A stretch of DNA of 64,000 bases, taken from an uncultured Alphaproteobacteria bacterium (GTDB lineage: Bacteria > Pseudomonadota > Alphaproteobacteria > Rhizobiales > Kaistiaceae). The DNA lies in the NCBI GenBank assembly GCA_963710805.1, contig CAVQBS010000044.1, positions 155,108 through 219,107 of the forward strand. Direction: 5' to 3'. Positions 45,803 through 54,477 of this stretch are shown here, one piece after another (the stretch's first letter is position 1; each line of letters starts with the position of its first letter). The notes under the pieces are model-generated. The model saw nothing but the letters and a program-made list of their open reading frames with translations. It made no database searches and was not told the DNA's origin. The position numbers and the translations under genes are program-made.

Positions 45803-46825
45803 CTATATGGTGAATGTGCAGTTCGATCGCAATGCCGCGATCAGGCCGGCCATATCCTCCGGTGGGTTCCGTTCGAAGCGCATCGCCGCGCCGGTCGCCG
45901 GGTGCTCGAAGCCGAGCAGATAGGCGTGCAGCGCCTGGCGCGGGAAGGCCCGGACGAGGCTCTGCGCCGGCTCCGGCAAGAGCGCCGCCTTGGTGGCAAA
46001 GCCGGTGCCATAGGCGCGATCCCCGATCACCGGGTGGCCGATCGAGGCAAGGTGGACGCGGATCTGGTGGGTGCGGCCGGTTTCCAGCCGGCATTCAATC
46101 AGCGAGGCGATGCCGACGCCGTCCGCCCGCCGGTAGCGCTCGACGACCGTATAGTGGGTGGCCGCCCGGCGTCCGCCTTCGCGCTTGATCTCCATCTTCT
46201 CGCGGTTGTGCGCCGCCCGCCCGAGCGGCGCATCGATGGTGCCTTTTTGCCGCTCCGGGGTGCCCCATGCGACCGCCAGATAGCCGCGCTCGAGCGGCCC
46301 CTCGCGCCCGTGGTCGGCGAACTGGGCGGCGAGGCCGCGGTGGGCGCGGTCGGTCTTGGCGACCACCATCAGGCCGCTGGTGTCCTTGTCGAGGCGGTGG
46401 ACGATGCCCGGCCGCATCACCCCGCCGATCCCGGAGAGCGACGCGCCGCAATGGGCGATCAGGGCATTGACCAGGGTGCCGGCGCGGTTTCCTGCTGCCG
46501 GATGCACCACCATGCCGGCCGGCTTGTCGATGACGATCAGGTCGGCGTCCTCATGGACGATGTCGAGCGGGATCGCTTCGCCGGCCGGCGTTGCCGGCTC
46601 CGGCGGCGGCACGGTGACGACGACCTTTTCGCCCGGTTTGACCGGCCTTTTCGCCTCCACTATCGTCGCGCCGCCGACCGCGACCCTGCCGGAGACGATC
46701 AGCGCCTTGGCGCGGCTTCGCGACAGATCGGCGACCGCGCCGGCGAGATAGGCATCGAGCCGGGAGCCCGCGTCGGCTTCGCCGACGATAACCTCGACAG
46801 GGTGACCGGTTTCGCCGGCTGACAT
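45803..46825 (-). CDS. rluD: RluA-family pseudouridine synthase with S4 domain
   Basis: RLDAYL, KPAGMVVHP, HRLDKDTSG, TGRTHQIRVH. Confidence 0.92.
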   Translation of the reverse strand: MSAGETGHPVEVIVGEADAGSRLDAYLAGAVADLSRSRAKALIVSGRVAVGGATIVEAKRPVKPGEKVVVTVPPPEPATPAGEAIPLDIVHEDADLIVIDKPAGMVVHPAAGNRAGTLVNALIAHCGASLSGIGGVMRPGIVHRLDKDTSGLMVVAKTDRAHRGLAAQFADHGREGPLERGYLAVAWGTPERQKGTIDAPLGRAAHNREKMEIKREGGRRAATHYTVVERYRRADGVGIASLIECRLETGRTHQIRVHLASIGHPVIGDRAYGTGFATKAALLPEPAQSLVRAFPRQALHAYLLGFEHPATGAAMRFERNPPEDMAGLIAALRSNCTFTI

Positions 46826-47201
46826 GGCTGATCCGTTCGACGACGACAAAGAAAAGCCGCTCGACCCCGCCGTCGCGCGGGTCAGGCAGAAGCTGCGCCG
46901 GCTCATGCTGATTGCCGGCCTGACGCTCGGTATAGGCATCCTCGCCGTCTTTGGCGGGATCGTCTACCGCCTCTCCTTGACGCAACCCGGCGGGACGCCG
47001 GCGCCGCTGCCGAAAGAAGGAGCGGTGCCGACGGTCTCGCTGTCGGCGTTCGGGCTGCCGCCCAACTCCCGGATCGTGTCCTCCACCCTCGACGGCGACA
47101 ACCTTGCTCTCACTTATGCCGATGGCGGAGGGACCACAGTGATCGTCTTCCACATGCCGGAGATGGCGGTCGTCGGCCGGTTGCGGGTTAAAGCCGAGTA
47201 G
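46824..47201 (+). CDS. conserved hypothetical single-TM protein
   Basis: EKPLDPAVARVRQKLRRLM plus TM; divergent from rluD. Confidence 0.75.
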   Translation: MADPFDDDKEKPLDPAVARVRQKLRRLMLIAGLTLGIGILAVFGGIVYRLSLTQPGGTPAPLPKEGAVPTVSLSAFGLPPNSRIVSSTLDGDNLALTYADGGGTTVIVFHMPEMAVVGRLRVKAE

Positions 47202-47274
47202 TCTTCTGCCGGCTGGTCGAATCCGGTATGTCTGAGCGGGCCGGGAACCGGACGTCGACCACGAGGGCTGACCA

Positions 47275-48405
47275 GTGGAGCGCAAACGCACGGAAGGCGA
47301 GGCGCCGAAAACGTCGACTTTCGACCGCGTGCTGGCTGCCATCGTCGTCGGCTTCCTGCTGCTGGCGACCGTCATCACCCTCAAGCCGTTCCTGCCGGCA
47401 ATCCTGTGGGCGGTCGTGCTCGCCATCACATCGGAGCCACTCCACGCATGGATCGAGCGGCACATGCCCCGCTGGCCCCGCCTCGCCGCGGCGCTCACCA
47501 GCCTGGTCCTCGTGCTCGTCTTCGTCATTCCGGCGATCGGCCTCACCCGGAGCATCATCACCTATACGCCAGGCGTTCTCGCCTGGGTGGATGCCGTGTC
47601 GACCACCAGCGTCACAGCGGCGCCGGCCAGCATCAAGAACATCCCCTGGGTCGGCGATCTCCTCAGCCGGAACTGGGAGCTGATCGCCGCCGAGGGCAAC
47701 TCCTACATCGCTCATTTCCGCTCCGACATCGAAACGTGGCTGGCCTGGGGGCTGCAGCAGATCGAGAACGTCGGCCTGTTCATGTTCGAGATCGCGCTCG
47801 GCGTGGTGCTCGCCGGAGTCTTCCTCGCCCACCGGAAAAACCTGTCGGCGTTCGCGGAGACCTTCTTCGGGCGGATCGGCGGACCGCTCGGCACGGCGCT
47901 GCTCAAGAGGACTGTGCACACAACGCGCAGCACGGTCCGCGGCGTGGTCGGCAGTGCCATTGCCGAGTCGATCGTCGCCACCTTCGCCTATTTCATCGCC
48001 GGGGTGCCGGCCTGGCTGTTCCTCGGCGGGCTGACGTTCTTCGCCGCACTGGTCCAGATCGGCGCGCCGCTGGTGTGGATTCCTGTTGCGGTGTGGTTGC
48101 TCGCCAACAACGAGCCGGGCTGGGCGATCTTCCTCGTCGTGTGGGGCGCGGTCGTCGTCTATTCGGTCGAGAACTTGTCGCGGCCGCTGCTTGCTGGCCG
48201 GGCCGCCCATCTGCCGGGTCTCCTCATCTTCGTCGGCGTGCTCGGTGGCCTCGTTGCCTGGGGGCTGATCGGCGTCTTTCTCGGGCCGGTGATCCTGGCT
48301 GTCGCCTACGAGCTCGTGCAGGAGTGGTTGAGGATCCCGCCAGGCTCCGACCAGGGGTCACCCGACACGCCTGCCGGTGGCCGCCGGCCTCCATCGAGAA
48401 AGTGA
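47275..48405 (+). CDS. AI-2E family transporter (YdiK-like)
   Basis: LKPFLPAILWA, GVLGGLVAWGLIGVFLGPVILA. Confidence 0.9.
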   Translation: MERKRTEGEAPKTSTFDRVLAAIVVGFLLLATVITLKPFLPAILWAVVLAITSEPLHAWIERHMPRWPRLAAALTSLVLVLVFVIPAIGLTRSIITYTPGVLAWVDAVSTTSVTAAPASIKNIPWVGDLLSRNWELIAAEGNSYIAHFRSDIETWLAWGLQQIENVGLFMFEIALGVVLAGVFLAHRKNLSAFAETFFGRIGGPLGTALLKRTVHTTRSTVRGVVGSAIAESIVATFAYFIAGVPAWLFLGGLTFFAALVQIGAPLVWIPVAVWLLANNEPGWAIFLVVWGAVVVYSVENLSRPLLAGRAAHLPGLLIFVGVLGGLVAWGLIGVFLGPVILAVAYELVQEWLRIPPGSDQGSPDTPAGGRRPPSRK

Positions 48406-48464
48406 GCCGGCACGGCAGCCTTGAAGTCGACAGCGCCGATAGCTATAGATTGCCGGCCGGTTCC

Positions 48465-48540
48465 GCTCCCTTCGTCTAGCGGTCTAGGACGCTGCCCTCT
48501 CACGGCAGAAACAGGGGTTCGAGTCCCCTAGGGAGCGCCA
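48465..48540 (+). tRNA. tRNA-Glu (anticodon CTC)
   Basis: 76-nt cloverleaf; acceptor GCTCCCT/AGGGAGC, anticodon arm CTGCC-CTCTCAC-GGCAG, GGTTCGAGTCC, encoded CCA. Confidence 0.98.
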
Positions 48541-48614
48541 ATAATTTCAATCAGTTATGAGATAGCTTCGAGTTGGTGTCCAACAGATGGCCAATATACG
48601 AAGGGAGATTTCGC

Positions 48615-48845
48615 ATGTCACGAGGATCCATACGAAAGGCGCGCCGGGCGGCTGACGTCGCGACGAACCTGCTAAATCAGGAAGATGCGGAATACATAGC
48701 CGACGCCTTGAAGACCGCCCCGCATGCGGACTCGGAAGTGACGGAATACGCGAAAGCTAGAGTGCGTTCGGCAAAGGAGCGGAAAAAGAGGGGAGGCCTG
48801 ACGCACGATCGGGTGCAAGATCTCGGAAGCGGCGAGCAGAACTGA
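48615..48845 (+). CDS. small hypothetical protein
   Basis: GGGAGA RBS before ATG 48615; 76 aa. Confidence 0.4.
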   Translation: MSRGSIRKARRAADVATNLLNQEDAEYIADALKTAPHADSEVTEYAKARVRSAKERKKRGGLTHDRVQDLGSGEQN

Positions 48846-49079
48846 AGGGGCCGAGCCCATTCCAAGAAAGCCTGAACTGGTCTCAAAAAGGCGCTGGCGC
48901 GGGTCGCAGCGTACATCGAGACGATCGTCAATGACCCTCCCGTCTTCCGGCGACGGGGGTTCGTTGAGATTATCGCCAGCCGCGCCGTCATCCGCTGGCC
49001 GGGCCGCGCCGGAGCCTAGCAACACTGCTCGACGACACCGCATAATGACACTCGCGCCAATTGTAGATATTCTTGATGC

Positions 49080-49319
49080 ATGAAGCACCGCGTATTGCTC
49101 ATCTTCGCCGTTGTGTGCTTCGTCGGCGCCTGTTCCGCGCCGCCCCAAAGTGCACCGCTAGTTGTCGCGGCCGCATCCCACAAAGCGGTTCGGCCGCCGC
49201 GCCACGGCCAAGGTTGTGATTGCCCGTACGACTATGCCAAGGATGGTAGCATCTGCGGCGGCCGCAGCGCATGGAGTCGACCGGGAGGTAAGGCCCCGCG
49301 TTGCTTCACGGATGACTAA
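49080..49319 (+). CDS. small Cys-rich putative lipoprotein
   Basis: signal with VGAC lipobox; CDCPYDYAKDGSICGGRSAWSRPGGKAPRC. Confidence 0.7.
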   Translation: MKHRVLLIFAVVCFVGACSAPPQSAPLVVAAASHKAVRPPRHGQGCDCPYDYAKDGSICGGRSAWSRPGGKAPRCFTDD

Positions 49320-49542
49320 TCTGACGCCTTCTGCCTAATCGTGCGCGGCCTCACCAATCCGCCGACGGGCGCGGCGCTCGGGGCTGGCTGTCGGGGGCGG
49401 GCGGCCCGCCGGATCGACACAATCGTTCAACCCGCCGCCGGAGAACCGAAAGGTCATCCACGTTTCGTGCAGGGAGTTGGGTCGACTCGCGTAATGCTCT
49501 TTTGGTAGGCTATGACCCCCGCTACAGGCTGGAAGGTGCATC

Positions 49543-49887
49543 ATGAGCGGTGAGCCCGACGTGAATGCGACTGCAAAAAGCAAGTGGGGCCAGATGACCG
49601 GACCCTGCGTCGGCGACTTCTGCCTCGTTGGTGACCGGCAGTTGCGGATCGCTGCGATCAGGAACGGTATCGTCAATTTCGAGGGCCAGGCGGTCCACGA
49701 CAAAAATCGCTTCTACATGAACGCGGACGGCGAAATCCACTTTTCGGGAGCGCTCCTTTCCTCGCCGACTTTAAATGCGTCGTCTCTGAAGAAGAAGCAG
49801 GGGACCAAACCCAAGGGCTATGTCATCTTCCCCGATGACTCGCAAGATTGGGTGTCGTGTCGTCTATTCGAGGCCCCAAGCGAATAA
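49543..49887 (+). CDS. hypothetical protein
   Basis: 114 aa, lower GC, GGAAGG upstream. Confidence 0.45.
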   Translation: MSGEPDVNATAKSKWGQMTGPCVGDFCLVGDRQLRIAAIRNGIVNFEGQAVHDKNRFYMNADGEIHFSGALLSSPTLNASSLKKKQGTKPKGYVIFPDDSQDWVSCRLFEAPSE

Positions 49888-49924
49888 GTTGCCTCTGCCA
49901 GCGCGACGTCGACCTCGGCCTCGC

Positions 49925-50110
49925 CTGCACCCTGAGCGCCGTCTTGCGCTGGTCGTCGGACAGTCCGGCGTCGCGGGCAACTTGTGACCTGCTAGGGGAG
50001 GCGCCTCCCCTAGCACGAGCGCTCGCATCGTGCTGGTTCTTGGCCTTCTCGATCTCCCCCAGCAGCTCGCCGCACCGGCGGATGGCGCGCGCCTGGATGC
50101 GGTCGGCGGG
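49925..50110 (-). pseudogene. fragment of a phage-type HTH-like protein
   Basis: DRIQARAIRRCGELL...ARDAGLSDDQRKTALRV with no credible start or end. Confidence 0.5.
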
Positions 50111-50415
50111 GCGGGCGACCGCGCGGCTGGCCCGGCGTTGAGCGACCACCCGCCCCTCGCCGGCGGGGCACGGGTAGGCGGTGCGCCCCTGCCGGGGATC
50201 TTGTCGAGGGCGGCGGCGCAGCCGTCACGAAGTCCGCCGCCCCCGAGTGCCCGCTCACCGGCCAAGGAGTGGGCCGCCGCGGGCTGCCGGCCGTTCTTGC
50301 CGCCACCTGCCAGCTGGGCGGCCCGGCTTCGAGATGCGCGGGGCCGGGGCCCGCCCGCGAGCCAAGGCGGCCCGCGGCTGCAGCCCGGCGGAATGCAGCG
50401 ACCGCCGGGGTACAT

Positions 50416-50637
50416 TCAGTCGTCGTAGCCCGAGTCGGCCGCCAGCTCGGCGGGCTCGCCCGCCCTGTGCCGGCGGCGCCATGCCGGGCTGCCGACCGCG
50501 TAGCCGGAGAGACCCTGCTCGCCCGCTCGCTGGCGGCGACGGGCGGCGGGCGTGCCGGGCGACAGGTCGAGGTCGGCGGCGTCGGCGAACTCGCCGGCCC
50601 GTCGGCGGCGGCGCTGCTCGGGCGTGATCGTCGTCAC
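50416..50637 (-). CDS. small Arg-rich protein with three RRRxRAGE repeats
   Basis: GTGA overlap with upstream stop; RRRRRAGE, RRRQRAGE, RRRHRAGE. Confidence 0.55.
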   Translation of the reverse strand: MTTITPEQRRRRRAGEFADAADLDLSPGTPAARRRQRAGEQGLSGYAVGSPAWRRRHRAGEPAELAADSGYDD

Positions 50638-51245
50638 GGCGCGGCCTCGTTCTGGTAGGACTCGAACTCGGACGGAAATTCCTGCCGGGCCTTCGTCATC
50701 GCCGCAGAGCGGCTGCATCCCGTGCGGTCCTGCACCTGGTCGACGAGCTTGTTGAAGGCGGTGACTGCCTTGGCGACCGGCGGAGCCGCGGCCGTGCCGG
50801 GGACCTCGGAGAAGGCGGCCGCCCTCAATTCCGGGTAGTCGCGACCCGCCTGGGACATGGCGGCAGTGCGCGACAGGCCGGAGCGCCGCATCGAGTTACC
50901 GACGATCTCCCAGAACTGCCGAGCCGCCGCGGCGTCGCCGACGACCTGCTCGAGGTTGATCGCCTTCTCGGCGGCGGCCTTGGCGATCTCGTCGCCCGCC
51001 TGATTGTACTTCGCGAGCAAGTCCGGGTGCTCGCGGGCGGCCTGGGACATGGCGGCCGACTTCGACAAGCCGGTCGTCTTGGCGAGGTACGCGCAGGCAT
51101 CCTCGAATGAGGCGAAGCTGATCGGTTCGTTCATGGTGGACTCCTTCTTGGCGATCGCGATGCGCGCCCTCCGAACGGCGGGCCGCACATTCGCGCTCAA
51201 GATGCTGATCTCGTCGACCTCGATGTCGGTCAGGTTGTTCGTCAT
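50634..51245 (-). CDS. putative capsid scaffolding-like protein with three GxSxxAAMxxAxxxxP repeats
   Basis: GAGGAG RBS and ATGA overlap; N-terminal LTDIEVDEISIL...PA; internal AAGGAG plus ATG at 51134. Confidence 0.65.
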   Translation of the reverse strand: MTNNLTDIEVDEISILSANVRPAVRRARIAIAKKESTMNEPISFASFEDACAYLAKTTGLSKSAAMSQAAREHPDLLAKYNQAGDEIAKAAAEKAINLEQVVGDAAAARQFWEIVGNSMRRSGLSRTAAMSQAGRDYPELRAAAFSEVPGTAAAPPVAKAVTAFNKLVDQVQDRTGCSRSAAMTKARQEFPSEFESYQNEAAP

Positions 51246-51615
51246 GCTGCGATGCTCCTCTGTCCGCGGCCGCCGATCGACAGGCCGGCGCCGATCTCGC
51301 CCGACTTGATGCGCGCCCACGTCGCCGGGTCCTCGACGTGGAGGCCGACGATCCAGAGCGACTGGTTGTCGGACGGCAGTGCGATGCCGAGCGCGTCGGC
51401 AAGATCGGACGGTCAGCGCAAGACGTCTCCACCACCCGGCCGACCGACGGGCCGGCGTGGTCGACCTTCACGCCCGCGCCGAGCGCCTTCATCGCCGCCC
51501 GCGTCATTTCGGTCGGGTCGACGACGTCGCCCTGAGAGTCGACCTCGCCGCTGACCAGGGCGATTCCGACCACCAGCTGGAGCTCGTCGTCGAGCTTGAG
51601 GACGCGCTCCATCAC
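51242..51615 (-). CDS. XkdF-like phage prohead serine protease, apparent frameshift ~51415
   Basis: KLDDELQLVVG..VDSQGD..VDH..GRVVE then WIVGLHVEDPATWARIKSGEIGAGLSIGG in the next frame. Confidence 0.78.
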
Positions 51616-51616
51616 C

Positions 51617-51814
51617 CTACCTCCTCGGGCCGTAGCCGCGGTCGTGCTCGCCGCCGCGCTCGATCTCGGCCTTGATGACCACGGTCGGGTCCCGCATCGA
51701 GCGGCGGTACGGCCCGCCGGGCACCTGGTAACTCCTCGCCGGCGGCAAGGTCGTCTTGTTGGTGCCGTAGTCGCTCGCCGGCAGCTCGACCTTCCTCGGC
51801 TCGGTGGTCATCAT
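51617..51814 (-). CDS. small hypothetical protein
   Basis: GAGGA RBS; tight packing in the island operon. Confidence 0.5.
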   Translation of the reverse strand: MMTTEPRKVELPASDYGTNKTTLPPARSYQVPGGPYRRSMRDPTVVIKAEIERGGEHDRGYGPRR

Positions 51815-51824
51815 CGTCGTGTCC

Positions 51825-52024
51825 TCAGGTCCACTGCGCTACGCTGCCGTAGCCGGGGATGGCCGGGCGCCAGTGCAGCTCCATCTCTCCGATCTGGCGG
51901 GCCCTCAGACCGTCGCGCCTGAGAACCCGCGCGCGCCTGTGGTCTCCCTCCGCGGCGGCGCGCTCGGCTGCCGCCCACTTCATCTCGCGCAATTCGCTGG
52001 CCCTCTCCTTCTCGCGATCATCAT
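51825..52024 (-). CDS. small hypothetical protein (start and frame uncertain)
   Basis: REKERASELREMKWAAAE...; tight packing. Confidence 0.35.
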
Positions 52025-52761
52025 GCGGCGTCGCGGTCCTCGTCGGGGTCGGGCTCCTCGGGTGCGCCACCGTCGATCAGCCACGGCGGCCTGAAGTGAT
52101 CGACCGGCTCGGGGGTGACGTCCTCGCCGTCGACGAACACCCGCCCCCCGAGGAGGCGCCCGTGGCGGCCCGGGGGGCCTGCGTGGCGCGCTCCGGCGGC
52201 GGCCGGTGGGTGACCAGCCCCGGCGAGCGCGGCGGCGCCGTCCTCGACGCTCCGGGACCGCAGGCGACGGACTCCGCGGCGGATCGGCCGAGCGGGCTCG
52301 TCGTCCAGATCTTCGTCGTCGAGGTCGTCGTCGAGCAGGTCGTCCTCGGGGTCGGCGCCGGGGCGGAGGCGAGCGCGAATCTCGCCGAGGCGCTCGTCGA
52401 GCAGGGCGTGTGCCGATCCGGGCGGCCACTCGACCATGGTCTCTCCCGCATCGGCGGCGGCCTTGAGGTGGTCGCGCAGCCTGAGAAGCTCGCGCGGGTT
52501 CTTGAGCAACAGCTCGTATCTCCACGGCTGCGCGGCGGCGCTCCGCTTCTCGGCCTCGGCCTCGGCGCGGCGGCGAAGCTGGGCGCGGACGGATTCGAGC
52601 AATCCCGGAACGTCGATCCTCGATCCCGCCGGCACGGCGGTCAGGGCGCGCCTCACGGCGTCGTGGCCGGCGTCGTCGAGGTCGCCAAGGGCGGCGACGG
52701 CGACCTGCGTCTTGCGCCTGTCGAGCATCTTCAGCAGGCCGGCGGCGGTGGGCGCGGACAT
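52021..52761 (-). CDS. hypothetical protein
   Basis: GAGG RBS, starts 2 nt after the upstream stop; acidic low-complexity centre; C-terminal frame may contain errors. Confidence 0.55.
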   Translation of the reverse strand: MSAPTAAGLLKMLDRRKTQVAVAALGDLDDAGHDAVRRALTAVPAGSRIDVPGLLESVRAQLRRRAEAEAEKRSAAAQPWRYELLLKNPRELLRLRDHLKAAADAGETMVEWPPGSAHALLDERLGEIRARLRPGADPEDDLLDDDLDDEDLDDEPARPIRRGVRRLRSRSVEDGAAALAGAGHPPAAAGARHAGPPGRHGRLLGGRVFVDGEDVTPEPVDHFRPPWLIDGGAPEEPDPDEDRDAA

Positions 52762-52763
52762 GG

Positions 52764-53174
52764 TCAGGCGGCCTCGCCGCGGATGTGGGCGCGGGCGGCG
52801 GCGATGGCGGCCTCGGTGCCGTCGATGCCATCACCGTCGTCGTCGGCGTCGGAGATGATGCCCAGGTGACGCGCAAGGCGCCGAATCTCGCCGGACACCC
52901 TGAGCAGAAGATCGGTGTCGACGGGCGCGCCCGCGGCGACCTCGGCGTCCATGGCTTCCCTCCGGACGGCTAGGCTGGCGTAGCTCTTGCAGAGCTGCTG
53001 ACTGCGGCCGCCCGTCCGGTCCATGGCCTCGGAGTAGTGCCGCAGCCACGCCTTGGCCTCTCGCCTTCGGCCGTCCACTCCGACCAGCCCGGTGCGACGC
53101 GCCTTCACTCCGTCGAAACGCGGCGCGCTTGGCGAGGGCAGTTCGGCTGTATCCGCGGTCTTTATTGGCTCCAT
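52764..53174 (-). CDS. putative terminase small-subunit-like protein
   Basis: 136 aa, helical; GVDGRRREAK...YASLAVRREAM...IRRLARHLGI and position at the start of the packaging module; assignment is inference. Confidence 0.5.
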   Translation of the reverse strand: MEPIKTADTAELPSPSAPRFDGVKARRTGLVGVDGRRREAKAWLRHYSEAMDRTGGRSQQLCKSYASLAVRREAMDAEVAAGAPVDTDLLLRVSGEIRRLARHLGIISDADDDGDGIDGTEAAIAAARAHIRGEAA

Positions 53175-53255
53175 ATTGGCTATTTTAGCCGAGGGGAGCT
53201 CGGAACCCTATAATTTTCGGCGCTTTTCCGCGCCCGTCGGAGACTTATTTCCGCC

Positions 53256-53636
53256 CTATCGGGGCGTAGTGCTCGGCCTTCGCTTTTTCTTGGCAGGCGG
53301 CGTCGGGGGTATCTCTTCCCCCCTCGGCCGCACCACGCGAAGCTGTCCCCTGCCGCGCGACGGCGGCGTCGCATCATGTCGATTGCGCTTGCGGGCGTAG
53401 GCCCGCCAATCAGCTGCAGTCACAAGACCGCTGACGTAGAACTCGCTGAAGACGCGGCGTGCATAGTCGCTGGTGCCGCCCAGCACGTCGACCAGCTCGT
53501 TCTGCGCGGCGATCAGCTGGCGGCGCGCGGCGTCGATGTCGGACAGCGCCTCCTCGATGGCGGCTCGGTGCTCGTCGTCGAACATCGCCTCCTCGTAGCT
53601 GCGGACGAACTCGGGATCCAGGTCGGCGAGGCTCAC
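53256..53636 (-). CDS. hypothetical protein
   Basis: GAGGAG upstream of GTG 53636; basic C-terminus. Confidence 0.55.
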   Translation of the reverse strand: MSLADLDPEFVRSYEEAMFDDEHRAAIEEALSDIDAARRQLIAAQNELVDVLGGTSDYARRVFSEFYVSGLVTAADWRAYARKRNRHDATPPSRGRGQLRVVRPRGEEIPPTPPAKKKRRPSTTPR

Positions 53637-53643
53637 GGTGGGT

Positions 53644-54477
53644 TCACTCCTCTGGCTCGTCCTCCACATACCCGCCGGCCGCGGCGGCGCGCTGCTGCCT
53701 CTCGTACCACCTCCGACCGAGCATCCCGGACTCTCGCCCGCTTCCGGGGCGGCGCGGGCGGTCTCTCTCGCGCTGGTCGATCTCGGCACCCTTGCGGCAC
53801 CAGTTCCGCCAGTACCTGGCCCAGGACGTGCCGCGGGTGTCCTTGTCCCGGTGGTAGTCGATGAACCGCTCGAACTCGGCGCGGGCGCGCCCCGGCTCCC
53901 AGCCGGCGATGTCCACCGCGTCGGCGAGCTCGGCGTCGCCGCAGGTCCAGTCGGGAGGCAGGCGCGTGCTGCGCTGCTGCTGGCCAGCGGCATGACGTGG
54001 CACCGACCTGGCAGTGCCATCAGCCTTTCCGAGCCGCCGCGTTCCCGGCGTTCTTTCAGGGGTTCCATTCACGGGTTCTTTCCCGGGTTCTGACCTTGCT
54101 GACAAGGGCGCTGAGCTATTGCTGGCAGGGGCACCGGTGCTATTGCTGACAAGGGCGCTGCGCCCTTGCTGACAGGGGCGCTCGGGCACCTTCCAGCGCC
54201 TCGGAATCCGGTAGCGGTTCGAGGTGCGCGGGCCACCCGGCGTGCGGACGAGCAGACGCGCCTCGACCAGCCTGTCGATGCCCATGCGGACATTCGCGGG
54301 CGTCATGCCGGTATCTATTGCCAGCGTTCGCTCGCTCGGCCACGCCTCCCCGGTCTCACCGTTGAAGTAGTGTGTTGCCAGCAGGGCCGCGACGACGACC
54401 GCCGACCTCGGCATGCTGCGGTCGCGCGCGATGGTCTCCAGCCACGACAGCTTTCTGCTGACGAAGTTCTCGGCCAT
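53644..54477 (-). CDS. phage-type replication initiator (N-terminal HTH, C-terminal DnaT-like domain)
   Basis: AWPSERTLA..TG...V...I..L...LL..SNRY HTH; RLPPDW...FERFIDY...W...WRNW; internal iterons. Confidence 0.8.
   Translation of the reverse strand: MAENFVSRKLSWLETIARDRSMPRSAVVVAALLATHYFNGETGEAWPSERTLAIDTGMTPANVRMGIDRLVEARLLVRTPGGPRTSNRYRIPRRWKVPERPCQQGRSALVSNSTGAPASNSSAPLSARSEPGKEPVNGTPERTPGTRRLGKADGTARSVPRHAAGQQQRSTRLPPDWTCGDAELADAVDIAGWEPGRARAEFERFIDYHRDKDTRGTSWARYWRNWCRKGAEIDQRERDRPRRPGSGRESGMLGRRWYERQQRAAAAGGYVEDEPEE
54096..54181. repeat. four iteron-like repeats, putative replication origin
   Basis: TTGCTGRCARGGGCRC at 54096, 54119, 54143 and 54166. Confidence 0.85.

Noticed and set aside
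54096-54181. Possible CRISPR array
   Set aside because: 23-24 bp period with 7-8 nt gaps inside a rep ORF; fits iterons.
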